DNA of 64,000 bases, taken from assembly GCA_965116875.1 (NCBI GenBank), contig OZ220733.1, positions 1,056,001 through 1,120,000 of the forward strand. Reading direction: 5' to 3'. The position numbers were made by a program, and so were the translations under genes. The DNA is from Candidatus Latescibacterota bacterium. Its GTDB lineage: Bacteria > Latescibacterota > UBA2968 > GCA-2709665. Under the pieces are notes generated by a model that made no database searches, was not told the origin of the DNA, and saw only the letters and a list, made by a program, of their open reading frames with translations. Positions 48,097-59,194 of this stretch are shown piece after piece; within the stretch, counting starts at the first letter, position 1; the number at the start of each line of letters is the position of its first letter.

Positions 48097-49464
48097 ATGG
48101 AAAACCACTTCGACGTGATCGTAATCGGCAGCGGACCGGGTGGTGAGGGGGCGGCGATGAAGGCGACCAAGGAGGGGAAGCGGGTCGCCATGGTGGACGA
48201 CCGGGCCTCGGTGGGTGGAAGCTGCACCCATCAGACCACAATTCCAAGCAAAGCGCTGCGGCACGCCATCCAGAATCTCGTCGATACGGGCCGGTACGGC
48301 GACTCCCGGTTTCCCGATCTTCTGCGTGCGGCCGAGGGCGTGATCCGCCAGCAGGTCGACCTGCGAGAGGGATTCTACGCCAGGAATTTCGTGGAGGTAA
48401 TCCACGGCCGCGCCGCGTTCGAGGACAGCCACGGGATTCAGGTCCGGATGCAGAACGGCGGTGTCCGGAATTATCGCGCGGACGGTTTCGTCATTGCCAC
48501 CGGCGCAAGGCCGTATCACCCGCCGGACGTGGACTTTTCGCATCCCCGGATCGTGGACAGCGATTCGATTCTGGAGTTACAGGACCATCCGAGGTCCGTC
48601 ACAATTTACGGTGCGGGAATCGTCGGCTGCGAGTATGCGTCCATTTTCAGGGGCTTGCAGATCAAGGTAAATCTGATCAACAGTCTGGACCGTCTGCTGG
48701 CGTTCCTCGATGACGAGATTGTGGACGCGCTGAGCTATCACCTGAGAGAACAGGGTGTGCTGATCCGGCACAACGAGGAATACGAGAGCGTGAAGGCGGG
48801 CGATCACGGCGTACGCCTCCACCTCAAGTCCCAGAAGGAAATCCTCAGCGACTGCCTGTTCTGGGCGCAGGGGCGGACCGGAAATTCAGACGGAATGGGA
48901 CTCGAGGAGATCGGCATTCAGACGGACCACAGAGGCGTCGTCGCGGTAAACGACTGCTACCAGACGGCGCAGAGCCACGTCTACGCGGTGGGCGACGTGG
49001 TGGGGTATCCCAACCTGGCCAGCGCGGCATACGACCAGGGGCGTTTTGCGGCCGAGCATCTGATATTCGGTGAGTCCGAGGCCCACCTTGTCAAGGACAT
49101 CCCCACGGGGATCTACACGCTTCCCGAAATCAGTTCGGTGGGGTTGACGGAGCGGGAGTTGACCTCCGAAAGGATACCCTACGAGGTTGGGCACGCGTCT
49201 TTCAGGCACCTCGCGCGGGCGCAGATTACGGGCCGGACCACGGGGATGTTGAAGATCCTGTTCCATCGGGAGACGCTGGAGATTCTGGGTATCCATTGTT
49301 TCGGGTCCGAGGCATCTGAAATCGTCCACATCGGCCAGGCGATTATGGCGCAGAAGGGCGGCGGCAATACCCTGATGTACTTCATCAATACGACGTTCAA
49401 CTATCCGACGATGGCCGAAGCCTACCGGGTGGCGGCGCTCAACGGGCTGAATCGGGTACGGTAG
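48097..49464 (+). CDS. sthA: Soluble (Si-specific) NAD(P)+ transhydrogenase
   Basis: Start MENHFD at 48097; [72 protein letters not shown]. Confidence 0.95.
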   Translation: MENHFDVIVIGSGPGGEGAAMKATKEGKRVAMVDDRASVGGSCTHQTTIPSKALRHAIQNLVDTGRYGDSRFPDLLRAAEGVIRQQVDLREGFYARNFVEVIHGRAAFEDSHGIQVRMQNGGVRNYRADGFVIATGARPYHPPDVDFSHPRIVDSDSILELQDHPRSVTIYGAGIVGCEYASIFRGLQIKVNLINSLDRLLAFLDDEIVDALSYHLREQGVLIRHNEEYESVKAGDHGVRLHLKSQKEILSDCLFWAQGRTGNSDGMGLEEIGIQTDHRGVVAVNDCYQTAQSHVYAVGDVVGYPNLASAAYDQGRFAAEHLIFGESEAHLVKDIPTGIYTLPEISSVGLTERELTSERIPYEVGHASFRHLARAQITGRTTGMLKILFHRETLEILGIHCFGSEASEIVHIGQAIMAQKGGGNTLMYFINTTFNYPTMAEAYRVAALNGLNRVR

Positions 49465-49476
49465 CTTGGACATCTG

Positions 49477-50148
49477 ATGGCCACGCCAATGCTGAATCCC
49501 GCGAATCTGGACGTCCTCTATATGGACAACCACCTGCTGGTGGTCCGGAAACCCGCGGGGATGCTTGTCCAGGGAGACCGCACGGGCGACCGGACGCTTC
49601 TGGAAACCGGTAAGGCGTACGTGAAGGCGGCGTTCAACAAGCCGGGCGACGCGTTTCTGGGGCTGGTGCATCGGCTGGACCGGCCGACGTCAGGCGTCAT
49701 CGTTTTTGCCCGGACGTCCAAGTCGGCGGCCAGACTGTCCGAACAATTCCGCGCTCACAGAATCGGAAAGGTATACTGGGCGCTGGTGGAAGGGAAGACG
49801 CCCCGGGAAGGCCGGATGTCGGATAAGCTGTTGCGGGCGGGACCTTCCAGTACGGTCTCCAACAGGGGCCGGGAGGCGGTGCTCGGGTTCCGGCGATTGC
49901 GGTTCGAGCGGGGGATCTCGTGGGTGGAGGTCAGGCCGAAAACGGGGCGGCATCATCAGATCCGGGTACAGTTCGCGCACCGGGGGCATCCCGTTCTGGG
50001 CGATCTGCGGTACGGAGCGAGTATCGGATTTCCGGAAAAAAGCCTCGCGCTCCATGCCCGGGCCCTCACGCTGTCGCATCCCACCCGCAGGGAGGAGATG
50101 ACGTTCGAGGCGGCGCCGGAGGCGTTCTGGCCAAAGCGATTTCGGTGA
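49477..50148 (+). CDS. RluA-family pseudouridine synthase
   Basis: KPAG, VHRLDRPTSG, TGRHHQIRV, GD--YG, LHA. Confidence 0.95.
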   Translation: MATPMLNPANLDVLYMDNHLLVVRKPAGMLVQGDRTGDRTLLETGKAYVKAAFNKPGDAFLGLVHRLDRPTSGVIVFARTSKSAARLSEQFRAHRIGKVYWALVEGKTPREGRMSDKLLRAGPSSTVSNRGREAVLGFRRLRFERGISWVEVRPKTGRHHQIRVQFAHRGHPVLGDLRYGASIGFPEKSLALHARALTLSHPTRREEMTFEAAPEAFWPKRFR

Positions 50149-50218
50149 GACGAAGCCCACAAGTCAACAGCCACAGGAATCACATAAAGCACACAACCTG
50201 CAAGACGCTGAAAGGAGA

Positions 50219-50617
50219 TTGTTCGTGAACCGGAACGAGCAGCAACTGAGCGACATACAGGTGGATCGGACCAACCTGTACCGGGAGGAAAACTACACGG
50301 ACCTGAAGGTGGCGTCCATTCGTCGACTGGCGCCGGTCAATCCCGATGGATCGCCGGACGTGACCCGGCGCCAGAAGTTTATAGGACAGACCCATCTGAT
50401 GTCCCAGGTCGGACCGCTCCCCGTGCAATGTGAAATCGAAGCCGCGGACCTGGAAGAGGCGCTTGGGAAGTTTCCGCAGGCCATCGCGAAAGCCGTTGAG
50501 GAAATGATGGAGGACGCCAAGGAGAGGCGGCGCCAGGACGCGTCCCGGATTGTGGTGCCGGGAGCGGGAGGGATGCCGGGAACGCCGCCGCCTGGCGGGA
50601 CCATCAATCTGAGCTAG
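50219..50617 (+). CDS. Conserved hypothetical cytoplasmic protein
   Basis: RBS aaggag; NLYREE-YTDLKV-SIRRL-PV-PDGS-D, F-GQT-L, SRIVVPG. Confidence 0.75.
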   Translation: MFVNRNEQQLSDIQVDRTNLYREENYTDLKVASIRRLAPVNPDGSPDVTRRQKFIGQTHLMSQVGPLPVQCEIEAADLEEALGKFPQAIAKAVEEMMEDAKERRRQDASRIVVPGAGGMPGTPPPGGTINLS

Positions 50618-50680
50618 ACCTGACCCGGAAACACCTCACCATTCGGCCGCCGATTCATCCCGTCTCGTTGCGCGTTTTCC
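50615..50680. repeat. Left-half fragment of MITE family A
   Basis: cctgacccggaaacacctcaccattcggccgccgattcatcccgtctcg matches 16891-16939. Confidence 0.7.
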
Positions 50681-50835
50681 AGTGTTGCCTCCACACAGCG
50701 CTGATTTCAAATGAACGGGTTTTCGAGTCAAGCTGACAGCTGAAAGCGGATCGCTGTTTTCACTGCTTCCGTTCGGCAGAATCCAGGCGAAATGTTCCCG
50801 GTAAAGAGCAGAGGGGAACCTTTCTTTAATGCTTT

Positions 50836-50868
50836 AAACGGGGCGCATCGGAATGCGCCCTGTTTTTT
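50836..50868 (+). terminator. Intrinsic terminator of the sthA-rluA-hypothetical unit
   Basis: aaacggggcgcat-cgga-atgcgccctgttt followed by T-run. Confidence 0.8.
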
Positions 50869-51032
50869 GGAAGCTGTTTTAAAATTACCGGTGAGTTCCC
50901 GAGCGCGAGCGAAAAAGTGGCGGTCAAGGCGGGCAAATCCGCCCATATTTGACTATACGGGTGGGTTTGACCAACGCCGACCGGCGCTTTTGCAGCCGCG
51001 CGAAGACCGCTGGGAATTTTAAGACAGCTTCT
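50869..51032. mobile_element. MITE-like element, family B (164 bp), copy 2
   Basis: TIRs ggaagctgttttaaaatt / aattttaagacagcttct; colinear with 22921-23084. Confidence 0.85.
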
Positions 51033-51904
51033 TACGTGAGCAGGGGTCTCATGGCGGCTTTGAGTTCGGCCATTTCAGGTTCCGTAAGGGGCATTACGGG
51101 TTTGCGGCACGGGCCCACGGGTCTGCCGGAAAGATTCGTGGCGGCCTTTACGGACGCGTTGTAAACGTGATTCCAGAAAAAGCGGTTGGCGGGAAACATC
51201 CGGCCCCAGAGGTCTCTTGCCTCGGAAAGCTGCCCGCCGGCAACCAGATTGTAGAGATCGACGGCTTCTTTGGGCATGGCGTTGACCGCTCCCCATACGC
51301 AGCCGGGGCACCCCGCAACCAGGCTGAAGAAGGCGATCGGGTCCCCGCCGTTGAAGACCTCGGCGCCGATGGCCAGCAGTTCCTGAATTCGCAGAATATC
51401 CGCCATGCTGTCCTTGATGTAATGGATGTTCTCCACTTCCATCAGGCGCCTGAAGAACGCGGGCGTGATATCGATTCCCGTGTGGACCGGAATGTTGTAG
51501 ACCATAACGGGCGTACTGACGGCGTTGGAGATTTCCGCGTAGTGGTCGTACACGCCTTCCATGTCGGGACCTTCGAAGTACGGCGGCAGCACGAGGAGGC
51601 AGTCCGCGCCTGCGCCCTCGGCGTGCCGGGCGTACTCGATCGTCTCCGACGTGCTCACCGCGGAAGCCATGGCGACGAAGTCGACCCTGCCGTCGATGTG
51701 TCCGGCAGCCAGTTCGACCAGCCGCCGGCGTTCCTCCGGTCGCAGACACGCGAATTCGCCCGTGCCGCCGTTGATGAGGATGCTGTGCACGCCCGCTTCG
51801 AGCATGGAATCGATATGATTTCCAAGCGCGGATTCGTCGATCCGTTCGCCGTCATCCGTAAACGGTGTGCACAATGCCGCGCAGATGCCCCTGAGTTTTT
51901 TCAT
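51032..51904 (-). CDS. Dihydrodipicolinate synthase / N-acetylneuraminate lyase-family aldolase
   Basis: Start MKKLRG at 51904; TPF, GGTGEF, PPYF, VYNIP, YIKDS Schiff-base Lys. Confidence 0.9.
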   Translation of the reverse strand: MKKLRGICAALCTPFTDDGERIDESALGNHIDSMLEAGVHSILINGGTGEFACLRPEERRRLVELAAGHIDGRVDFVAMASAVSTSETIEYARHAEGAGADCLLVLPPYFEGPDMEGVYDHYAEISNAVSTPVMVYNIPVHTGIDITPAFFRRLMEVENIHYIKDSMADILRIQELLAIGAEVFNGGDPIAFFSLVAGCPGCVWGAVNAMPKEAVDLYNLVAGGQLSEARDLWGRMFPANRFFWNHVYNASVKAATNLSGRPVGPCRKPVMPLTEPEMAELKAAMRPLLT

Positions 51905-52282
51905 TGCGGTCTCCGGGTTTACGTCACTCACCTGACAAACAGTGGTCCGTCTGCCAGTACAGGGCAAGTGTTCCGATATCGTGTTCTGTCCAGTGAAGGT
52001 ACGGCGAATGTCCGATTCATACAAGAACACAATGAAAAGGCTGACGTGCGGGGAGGGTCGGCGGGTTAGATGGGTCTTGACACTGACGGGGTAAAAATCA
52101 ATATTGGCGGAATTCGGGTACGGGCAGGGACGCACGTCCGGCGCACCTGTTTGTGTTGCGCGATCCCCGTTGGCATTCTGTTCGTCTGTCGTTCACGATT
52201 CCCCGCCCTGACGCCGCCTGGCGGGTACCGGAACCAGCGCAGCAGGGGTTTGTATTGACGGTTTTTTTTTGAGGAGGTTGAC

Positions 52283-54082
52283 ATGTCACAGGTGAGGGAA
52301 GTTGGCATTCCGGTTCGCGCGGTGAATCGGGCCGCGTTGTACGCGGGACGAAACGGGGCCGGCGAGCCGTGTCTCTATGCGACGATGTCGCAGCAGGCCG
52401 CGAATCTATTCGTATTGCAAATCGATCCGGAGACGGGCAGCTTGCGTCAATTCTGGGCGGACGTTCCCGATTCAAACTATACCACCGCGGTGTATCAGGC
52501 ACGGAACGGACGCCTCTATATCGGTGCGGCGCACTCGGGACAACTCTACTGTTTCGATCCCGAGCAGGACGACCTGGTGAATTTCGGCACCATAAACGGC
52601 AAGGCCGCGATTTTTCCATGCAGCATCGACGAGGATTCCCGGGGACTGATCTGGATTTCCAGCTACGGCACCGCGGACCTGACGAGCTTCAATCCGGAAA
52701 CCGGTGAGTTTACCCGGTACGGACGGTTGGATGAAGTGGATATGTACGCCTACTGTCACGTGAATACCGACGATACGATCGCGTCGATGATCATGCAGAC
52801 CCGCCCGCACGTGGTCGTCCTGGATCCGAAGACCGGCGAAAAAAGGACGGTGGGACCCGTCGTGACGCGGGGCGACGGGACGCTCACGCTCCACCGTGGA
52901 GCGGACGGCAAGCTCTATATCGAATCGAGCGAGGGCAATTACCGCGTGGAGGGCATGGACGCCGTTCCCGTAGAAGAAACCGTTCCGGCAAAAGCAGCCC
53001 CATCCGCCCTGCCGGACGGCAGCACCTTCCGGTTCGTGGACGCGGTGGAGCAAACGTGCCGGATTCTGGAGGTAACCGGCCCGGACGGCGCGGCACAGAC
53101 CTTCAACATCGAATTCGAAGCCGCCGGAACGGATATCTTCTGCCTGCACGGCGGTCCCGACGGGTGTGTCTACGGGTCCAGCGTCTTGCCGGAGCGACTG
53201 TTCCGCTACGATCCCCAAAACGATGACCTGGCGGACCTGGGCATCTGTTCGACGGCCACCGGCGAGGCGTATTCGATGGCGAACCTGGACGGGAAAGTCT
53301 ACATCTCGTCATACCCGGGCGCCAGGATTTCCATTTACGATCCTTCTCAGCCGTACAACTTCGGCGAAAGCCGGGGCAGCAATCCATGGGACATCGGGCG
53401 GGTGGACAACATCTCCTACCGGCCGCGTTCCACGCTGGGAGGTCCCGGCGGAAAGGTCTGGCTGGCATCCGTCCCGGACTACGGACGGTGGGGCGGGCCG
53501 CTCTCGTATTACGACCCGCGAACGGAAGAAAAGAAGGCGTTCTATCGCATCGTGGGAGACGGGAGCTGCTATACGCTGGCGCATCTGGAAGCGGAATCGC
53601 TGATCGCCGTCGGCACCATCATCAGCGGGGGCAGCGGGACCCAGCCCAGGGTGGATGAGGCCGTGCTCTTCCTCTTCGATTACGAAAGGGAAGAGAAAGT
53701 GTGGGAAGGCGCGCCCGACCCGCCGGTAACCGTCTTCAATGCGCTGGCAGCCGTACCGGATGGAAGGCTTTTCGGTACGTTCAGCGGCGCCGAACGGGGA
53801 TCCGAGCTTTTCGTGTTCAACCCCGGAACGCGGGCGTTTACGGAACGGATCGCCGCGCCGGAGGGCGGCCCGGTGGACAACGGGCTGCATCTGGGGCCGG
53901 ACGGGATGCTCTATGGCGTCACCCACGCACTCGTCTATCGGCTGGATCCCGGTACCCTGACGATTGACGTGATCGTGGAATTCGATGAGAAGCTGACCGG
54001 CCACGCGGCGGCCGGGCCGATCCTGGGGAAAGACCTGTATATCTCTTCGGGACACCGGCTCCTGGCGGCGGAGATACTGTAG
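52283..54082 (+). CDS. Beta-propeller repeat protein of unknown function
   Basis: RBS gaggagg; repeated G-DG-LY-G / L--FDP-T units; no clear signal peptide. Confidence 0.75.
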   Translation: MSQVREVGIPVRAVNRAALYAGRNGAGEPCLYATMSQQAANLFVLQIDPETGSLRQFWADVPDSNYTTAVYQARNGRLYIGAAHSGQLYCFDPEQDDLVNFGTINGKAAIFPCSIDEDSRGLIWISSYGTADLTSFNPETGEFTRYGRLDEVDMYAYCHVNTDDTIASMIMQTRPHVVVLDPKTGEKRTVGPVVTRGDGTLTLHRGADGKLYIESSEGNYRVEGMDAVPVEETVPAKAAPSALPDGSTFRFVDAVEQTCRILEVTGPDGAAQTFNIEFEAAGTDIFCLHGGPDGCVYGSSVLPERLFRYDPQNDDLADLGICSTATGEAYSMANLDGKVYISSYPGARISIYDPSQPYNFGESRGSNPWDIGRVDNISYRPRSTLGGPGGKVWLASVPDYGRWGGPLSYYDPRTEEKKAFYRIVGDGSCYTLAHLEAESLIAVGTIISGGSGTQPRVDEAVLFLFDYEREEKVWEGAPDPPVTVFNALAAVPDGRLFGTFSGAERGSELFVFNPGTRAFTERIAAPEGGPVDNGLHLGPDGMLYGVTHALVYRLDPGTLTIDVIVEFDEKLTGHAAAGPILGKDLYISSGHRLLAAEIL

Positions 54083-54161
54083 CGAAGCCGGTGAACACGC
54101 CGCCCTGGACCACCGCGGGCCGAACGTGTCTTCGGGTATTTTACAGCCCAAGGAGGACGTG

Positions 54162-54575
54162 GTGTCGGAGAAAGTCGAAAAGTCCGATGAGGAGTGGCGG
54201 GAAATGCTCTCGCCGGAACAATATCACGTAACGAGACGAGGCGGAACGGAGCGGGCGTTTACGGGCGCGTACCACGACTTCAAGGGGCAAGGGATCTATC
54301 TTTGCGTGTGCTGCGGAAACGAGCTGTTCCGGTCGGATACCAAGTACGATTCCTGCACGGGCTGGCCGAGTTTCTGGGCGCCGTCGGATGATGCGAACGT
54401 GGAAACGGAAGCGGATATGTCCTACGGGATGGCGCGAACGGAAGTGAAATGCAGCCGGTGCGACGCCCATCTCGGTCACGTATTCGAGGATGGACCCCGT
54501 CCCACCGGACTGCGGTACTGCATGAACTCCGCGGCGCTCGATTTCGTGGACAAAGATGCAAAGGAAGACGATTGA
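54162..54575 (+). CDS. msrB: Peptide-methionine (R)-S-oxide reductase MsrB
   Basis: GTERAFTG, Cxx[36 protein letters not shown]; GTG start after aggagg. Confidence 0.96.
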   Translation: MSEKVEKSDEEWREMLSPEQYHVTRRGGTERAFTGAYHDFKGQGIYLCVCCGNELFRSDTKYDSCTGWPSFWAPSDDANVETEADMSYGMARTEVKCSRCDAHLGHVFEDGPRPTGLRYCMNSAALDFVDKDAKEDD

Positions 54576-54614
54576 TCGGCAGTCCGTGCGAAACCCCCAT
54601 AGGAGGAGGCATCA

Positions 54615-55076
54615 ATGAGCCTGAATTTCGCCACCCGGGAAATCGATTCGCAGCCGATCGTGGGCATCCGCGCCACAACCACGATGGAAGCAATCAAACA
54701 GGTGATCGGCGCGCTATTCGGCGAGGTTATGGAATATCTCAACGGGAACGGACTTGCGCCGGCGGGGATGCCGTTCACCATCTACCACGAGATGGACGCC
54801 GAACGGCTGGAAATGGAATGCGGGATGCCGGTGGCTTCGCCCGTTGAGGGTACCGAACGCGTTCGACCGGGTGAACTGCCCGCCGGGAAGGTCGCGACCG
54901 TAACCCACATGGGCCCCTACGAGCAGTTGGGACAGACGTGGTCGGCATTGATGAAATGGATGGAAGAAGAGGGCCTGCAGGCGGCGGGCGCGCCCTGGGA
55001 GGTGTACGTGACGGATCCCGGCGAGGAGCCCGACCAGTCGAAGTGGCGCACCGACATCTTCTTTCCCATCCGCTGA
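54615..55076 (+). CDS. GyrI-like small-molecule-binding domain protein
   Basis: P-G-PF-IYH, LPAGKVA---H-GPYEQL, WEVYVTDP, W-TDI-FP. Confidence 0.9.
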   Translation: MSLNFATREIDSQPIVGIRATTTMEAIKQVIGALFGEVMEYLNGNGLAPAGMPFTIYHEMDAERLEMECGMPVASPVEGTERVRPGELPAGKVATVTHMGPYEQLGQTWSALMKWMEEEGLQAAGAPWEVYVTDPGEEPDQSKWRTDIFFPIR

Positions 55077-55111
55077 CCTGCGTCGAGGATTCATGCTTCA
55101 AGGAGTCGAGA

Positions 55112-55924
55112 ATGAAATACCGCTTTGCCGAGATGATCTGGTATGAAATCAAGGAGGCCGCGGAACAGGACCGTGTGGCGGTCCTTCCGGTCGCGACGTA
55201 CGAGGACCACGGCCCCCATCTTCCCGTGGATACCGACGTCGTCCTCTGCACGGAGATCTGTGAAAGGGCCGTGTCGCGGATCCCGTCCGAGGCCGTCCTG
55301 GCTCCGCCGGTCCCCCACGGGTACAGCCCCCACCACATGGATTTTCATGGAACGCTGACGATCACGTGGGATACCTTCATCCGATACGTCAAGGATGTCT
55401 GCTGCAGCCTCGCCCAACACGGCTTCAAGCGGATTCTGGTCGTGAACGGCCACGGAAGCAATACGCCCCCGCTGGACCTGGCAACCCGTTTGACGGTCAT
55501 CGAAACCGAGGGCAGGGTTCTTTGCGGCTCGGTGAATCACTGGGGGCTCCGGAAGGTGAAAGAGGTGGGACGCGAGCTGAGGGAGTCCGACTACGGAGGG
55601 ACCTCCCACGGCGGGGAGTTCGAGACGTCGCTGTACCTGGCGTTGAAGCCGGACCTGGTGGACATGAGCAAGGCGGTCGACGAGCGTTCGCCCCTTTCGA
55701 ACAGCTTCCAGTCCGACCTGCTGGCGGGCGGCCATCCGGACGGGTCCAGCGCGAATTTCACGCCGTACTGGAGCACGAAGACGGCCAGCGGCGTGATGGG
55801 TGACGCGACAAAGGCCAGCCGGGAGAAGGGGGAGAAATTCCTCGAGGCGGGCATCGAGGGGCTGATCGAGATGGTCCGGGAACTCAGGGCAACGGAAATC
55901 ATGGACCGCCGCGACCAGCATTGA
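55112..55924 (+). CDS. Creatininase-family amidohydrolase
   Basis: Start MKYRF at 55112; EDHGPHLP-DTD, GYSPHHMDF-GTL, NGHGSN, HGGEFETS, GV-GD---AS-EKG. Confidence 0.92.
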   Translation: MKYRFAEMIWYEIKEAAEQDRVAVLPVATYEDHGPHLPVDTDVVLCTEICERAVSRIPSEAVLAPPVPHGYSPHHMDFHGTLTITWDTFIRYVKDVCCSLAQHGFKRILVVNGHGSNTPPLDLATRLTVIETEGRVLCGSVNHWGLRKVKEVGRELRESDYGGTSHGGEFETSLYLALKPDLVDMSKAVDERSPLSNSFQSDLLAGGHPDGSSANFTPYWSTKTASGVMGDATKASREKGEKFLEAGIEGLIEMVRELRATEIMDRRDQH

Positions 55925-55943
55925 CGGCCAAAGGGTCGAATCC

Positions 55944-56945
55944 GTGAAAGTGAACGTATTCACCAGCGGTAAAGATGGATACCACACGTACCGGATTCCC
56001 GCCGTGCTTACCGCGGCGAACGGAACGCTGCTGGCCTTTTGCGAGGGCCGGCGGAACGACCGAAGCGACCACGGAGATATCGACCTCCTGGTGAAGCGTT
56101 CGGAAGACGGCGGTCAGTCCTGGTCCGCGCAACAGGTGGTCTACAGCGAAACAGGCGAGGTCACGATCGGCAATCCCTGTCCCGTGGTGGATGCGGCGAC
56201 GGGCACGGTCTGGATGTTGTTCTGCCGAGATAACGTCGATGTATTCGTCACGCACAGTTTCGATAACGGCCTGACCTGGTCCGATCCTGTCGACATCACG
56301 GAGGACGTAAAGAAGAAGGCATGGACGTGGTACGCGACGGGCCCGGGCGTGGGCATCCAGCTCCGGAACGGCGCGCGGAAGGGGCGGCTCCTGATCCCCT
56401 GCGACCACCGGAACCCGGAAGCGTACGACTGCGGTTCCCATTCCGTCTACAGCGATGACGGAGGGGCGTCCTGGCGGTTGGGCGGTTCGGTCCGGCCGGG
56501 GGCCAACGAATGCCAGTTCGGCGAACTCGCGGACGGGACCGTGGTCATGAACACCCGGATGCAGACGCACAGCGAAGGGGTTCGCGGAGTCGCGTACAGC
56601 CGGGACGGAGGCGAGTCCTGGTTGGGATTCCGGCACGACCGCAACCTGCCCTGCCCCAAATGCCAGGCCAGCCTCGTCCGGGGAGTCGGGGAAAACGACC
56701 TTTTGTTTTCGAATCCCGCGGCGCCCGCTCCGCCACGGGCAACCGGTGGAGAGCGGGTGAACATGACCGTCCGTGCGAGCGGCGACGGAGGAAGGACCTG
56801 GCCCCTGACGAAAACGCTGCAAGAAGGCCCCGCGGCCTATTCCTGTCTCGTGACGCTTCCGGAGAACGAGGTCGGCTGCCTGTACGAAGCGGGCTCCGAG
56901 TCCCCCTACGAACACATCGTCTTCGAGCGTTTCAAATTGAATTGA
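55944..56945 (+). CDS. Sialidase / exo-alpha-sialidase (GH33-like, BNR repeats)
   Basis: YRIP motif; Asp boxes SEDGGQSW, SFDNGLTW, SDDGGASW, SRDGGESW, SGDGGRTW; ANE, AYS. Confidence 0.92.
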   Translation: MKVNVFTSGKDGYHTYRIPAVLTAANGTLLAFCEGRRNDRSDHGDIDLLVKRSEDGGQSWSAQQVVYSETGEVTIGNPCPVVDAATGTVWMLFCRDNVDVFVTHSFDNGLTWSDPVDITEDVKKKAWTWYATGPGVGIQLRNGARKGRLLIPCDHRNPEAYDCGSHSVYSDDGGASWRLGGSVRPGANECQFGELADGTVVMNTRMQTHSEGVRGVAYSRDGGESWLGFRHDRNLPCPKCQASLVRGVGENDLLFSNPAAPAPPRATGGERVNMTVRASGDGGRTWPLTKTLQEGPAAYSCLVTLPENEVGCLYEAGSESPYEHIVFERFKLN

Positions 56946-56954
56946 GAAACCGCA

Positions 56955-58280
56955 ATGGATGAGACAACGGCTGGTGGCGGTCCTTCGGTGGAGGATCGAT
57001 ACCGCGCGTTCAGCCCCCGTTCCCGGGCGGCTTTCGATCAGGCCAATGCGGTGATGCCCGGCGGGGTGAAAGGCGCGTACTTCTACCCACCCTATCCGCT
57101 GACCATAGAACGTGGAGACGGGTGTACCCTTCACGACGTGGACGGACGGAAACTGGTGGACTTCAACAACCACCACACGGTGCAGATCCTGGGCCACAAC
57201 CATCCGGCGGTCGTTGCGGCCGTGCGGAAGCAGGTTTCCAGGGGGATCGCGTTGAGCGCGCCCGCAGGCGTGGAGACGGGACTGGCCGAAGCAATGTGCG
57301 GCCGGGTGAAAACCGTTGAGAAGATCCGGTTCTGCAATTCCGGCACGGAAGCGACCCTGCACGCCATCCGCCTGGCGCGGGGCGTCACGGGAAAGACGAA
57401 GATCGCCAAGTTCGAGGGCGGATACCACGGCAGCCACGACGTGGTGGAGGTGAGCGTGGCGCCCCCGCTGGCCAGGGCGGGGCCCGAATCGGCCCCGCAT
57501 TCGGTTTCGACCGCGGGCGGCGCTTCGCCGAATGCCGCCGGCGAAGTGGTGGTCCTGCCGTATGACGACGAAGACGCCGTGGAGAGATTGCTCGCGCGGC
57601 ACCGACGCGAACTGGCCTGCGTGATATTCGACCCCAGGGCGGGCATATTGTCCCAGCGCGCGGCGTTCGCGCAGTTCGTATGCGACATGGCCCGGCGACA
57701 CGATGTGATTGTGATCTTCGACGAGATCGTCGGATTCCGGGTCGGCGCCGGGGGTCTGCAGGCGCACTATGGCATCGAGCCGGATCTGACGACGTTCGGA
57801 AAGGTCGTTGGCGGCGGATTTCCGGTGGGCGCCTTTGGAGGCCGGGCGGACCTGATGGATCGCTTCGACTCCTCCCGGGGGCCGACAGGTTTCTTTCAAA
57901 GCGGCACGTTCAGCGGACATCCCGTGGCCATGGCCGCCGGCCTGGCGACCCTGAAGCAGTTGACGCCGGATGTGTTCGCGCACCTGAACCGGCTGGGTGC
58001 ACGACTCAGGGACCGCTTGAACCGGTTGTTTGCAGAGCGTGAAGTCGTTGCGACGGCCGTTGGCGTGGGATCGCTGTTCAGCATCCATTTTTCGAGCGAG
58101 AAGATGTTGAATTACCGCCATCTGGCGCGAACCGACAAGGCGGCGGCGCACCGGCTGCTGCTCGGCCTGATCGAACAGGGATATTTCCTGGGCAACGGCC
58201 TGTTGATGTGTGCGGTTTCCGCGCCGATGGACGAATGTCACGTGGACGGGTTGATCGAGGCCGTGGACCAGGCGATGTAA
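56955..58280 (+). CDS. Class III aminotransferase, glutamate-1-semialdehyde aminomutase-like
   Basis: MPGG, DVDG, LGHNHP, RFCNSGTEA, KFEGGYHG, FDEIVGFR, DLTTFGKVVGGGFPVGA, SGTFSG. Confidence 0.9.
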   Translation: MDETTAGGGPSVEDRYRAFSPRSRAAFDQANAVMPGGVKGAYFYPPYPLTIERGDGCTLHDVDGRKLVDFNNHHTVQILGHNHPAVVAAVRKQVSRGIALSAPAGVETGLAEAMCGRVKTVEKIRFCNSGTEATLHAIRLARGVTGKTKIAKFEGGYHGSHDVVEVSVAPPLARAGPESAPHSVSTAGGASPNAAGEVVVLPYDDEDAVERLLARHRRELACVIFDPRAGILSQRAAFAQFVCDMARRHDVIVIFDEIVGFRVGAGGLQAHYGIEPDLTTFGKVVGGGFPVGAFGGRADLMDRFDSSRGPTGFFQSGTFSGHPVAMAAGLATLKQLTPDVFAHLNRLGARLRDRLNRLFAEREVVATAVGVGSLFSIHFSSEKMLNYRHLARTDKAAAHRLLLGLIEQGYFLGNGLLMCAVSAPMDECHVDGLIEAVDQAM

Positions 58281-58367
58281 AGTTGCAGAATTGAAGAGAT
58301 CGCACTGACCCGTTTCACGAAACAATCACTCCCCCCTTGAGAAGCGTAGATTCCGGAGGAAAGCCAG

Positions 58368-59135
58368 ATGCGATACATCGACACGCACGCCCACCTGGGG
58401 CCGTGGTTTGACGAGATAACGACGTTTTCTGCCGAGGGTTTCGTCGCCATGCAGGAGCGCGCGGGCATCGAGCGCACCGTGGTCACGTCCGGGTCCGCCC
58501 TGTTTACGGAATTGATTTATGGCAATGAATGGACCATTCGGCACGCCGAGAAACTGGAACATCTGCTCGTCTGGCTGGTGCTGAATCCATTGAAAATGGG
58601 AGAGTCGCTGGAGTTGCTGGATCGTTTCAAGGACCATCCAAAGGTCGCGGGCTTCAAGATCCACCCGGTCCAGCACAAGTATCCGGCCGACATCAAGCCC
58701 ACCTTCCGGCTCTTTGAAGAGCTGGAGCCGCTCGGGCTTCCGGTGCTCTCCCATGGAGAGAACGAATCCTACGCGGCGCCCGCCCGGTTGCTGCGGCTGG
58801 CCGAAGCCTTTCCTTCCATAACGGTAATCACGGCGCATTTCGGCGCGGGACAGCCAGGCCAGACGTACGAGGCAATCGATGCGCTCCAGGACTGCAAAAC
58901 GGGCAACCTGTACACGGATATGGGTACGGCAAGGGCGATTCGCACGGGCATGATCGGGCTGGTGGTGCGTGAAGTGGGGGCGGACCGGGTGTTGTTCGGA
59001 ACGGATTCGCCTCTGTACGAGCCGATGGCGTTTCCCGCGCTCCTGGCGGCCGCGGATATTACGGACGACGAACGCGAACAGATCGCCTGGAGGAACGCGG
59101 AGCGGCTCGTGCTGGCGCCTAAGAAGTTGTTTTAA
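58368..59135 (+). CDS. Amidohydrolase_2-family metal-dependent hydrolase
   Basis: IDTHAH, GFKIHP, VLSH, AHFG, RVLFGTDSP, IAWRNAERL. Confidence 0.9.
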   Translation: MRYIDTHAHLGPWFDEITTFSAEGFVAMQERAGIERTVVTSGSALFTELIYGNEWTIRHAEKLEHLLVWLVLNPLKMGESLELLDRFKDHPKVAGFKIHPVQHKYPADIKPTFRLFEELEPLGLPVLSHGENESYAAPARLLRLAEAFPSITVITAHFGAGQPGQTYEAIDALQDCKTGNLYTDMGTARAIRTGMIGLVVREVGADRVLFGTDSPLYEPMAFPALLAAADITDDEREQIAWRNAERLVLAPKKLF

Positions 59136-59170
59136 AATGACCGGTGAGTTCCCGAGTACGAGCGAAAAAT
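59122..59170. repeat. Left-end fragment of MITE family B
   Basis: agaagttgttttaaaatgaccggtgagttcccgagtacgagcgaaaaa matches 50869-50916. Confidence 0.8.
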
Positions 59171-59194
59171 CAGTGCGCCCGGAGGAATGAATAG

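Noticed and set aside
50700-50868. Possible small RNA ending at the strong terminator
   Set aside because: No convincing promoter or known motif; the terminator is adequately explained by the upstream sthA-rluA-hypothetical unit.
54162-54575. MsrB as a second selenoprotein
   Set aside because: The catalytic position is TGC (RYCMNS); there is no in-frame TGA.
56955-58280. Calling this gene hemL
   Set aside because: GSA-like but divergent (e.g. PGGVKG, FNNHHT, IFDP) and in a catabolic context with no tetrapyrrole genes.
55899-58325. 808-aa minus-strand ORF (also 62270-63994)
   Set aside because: Antisense to the sialidase/aminotransferase and CocE genes, which have clear family motifs.
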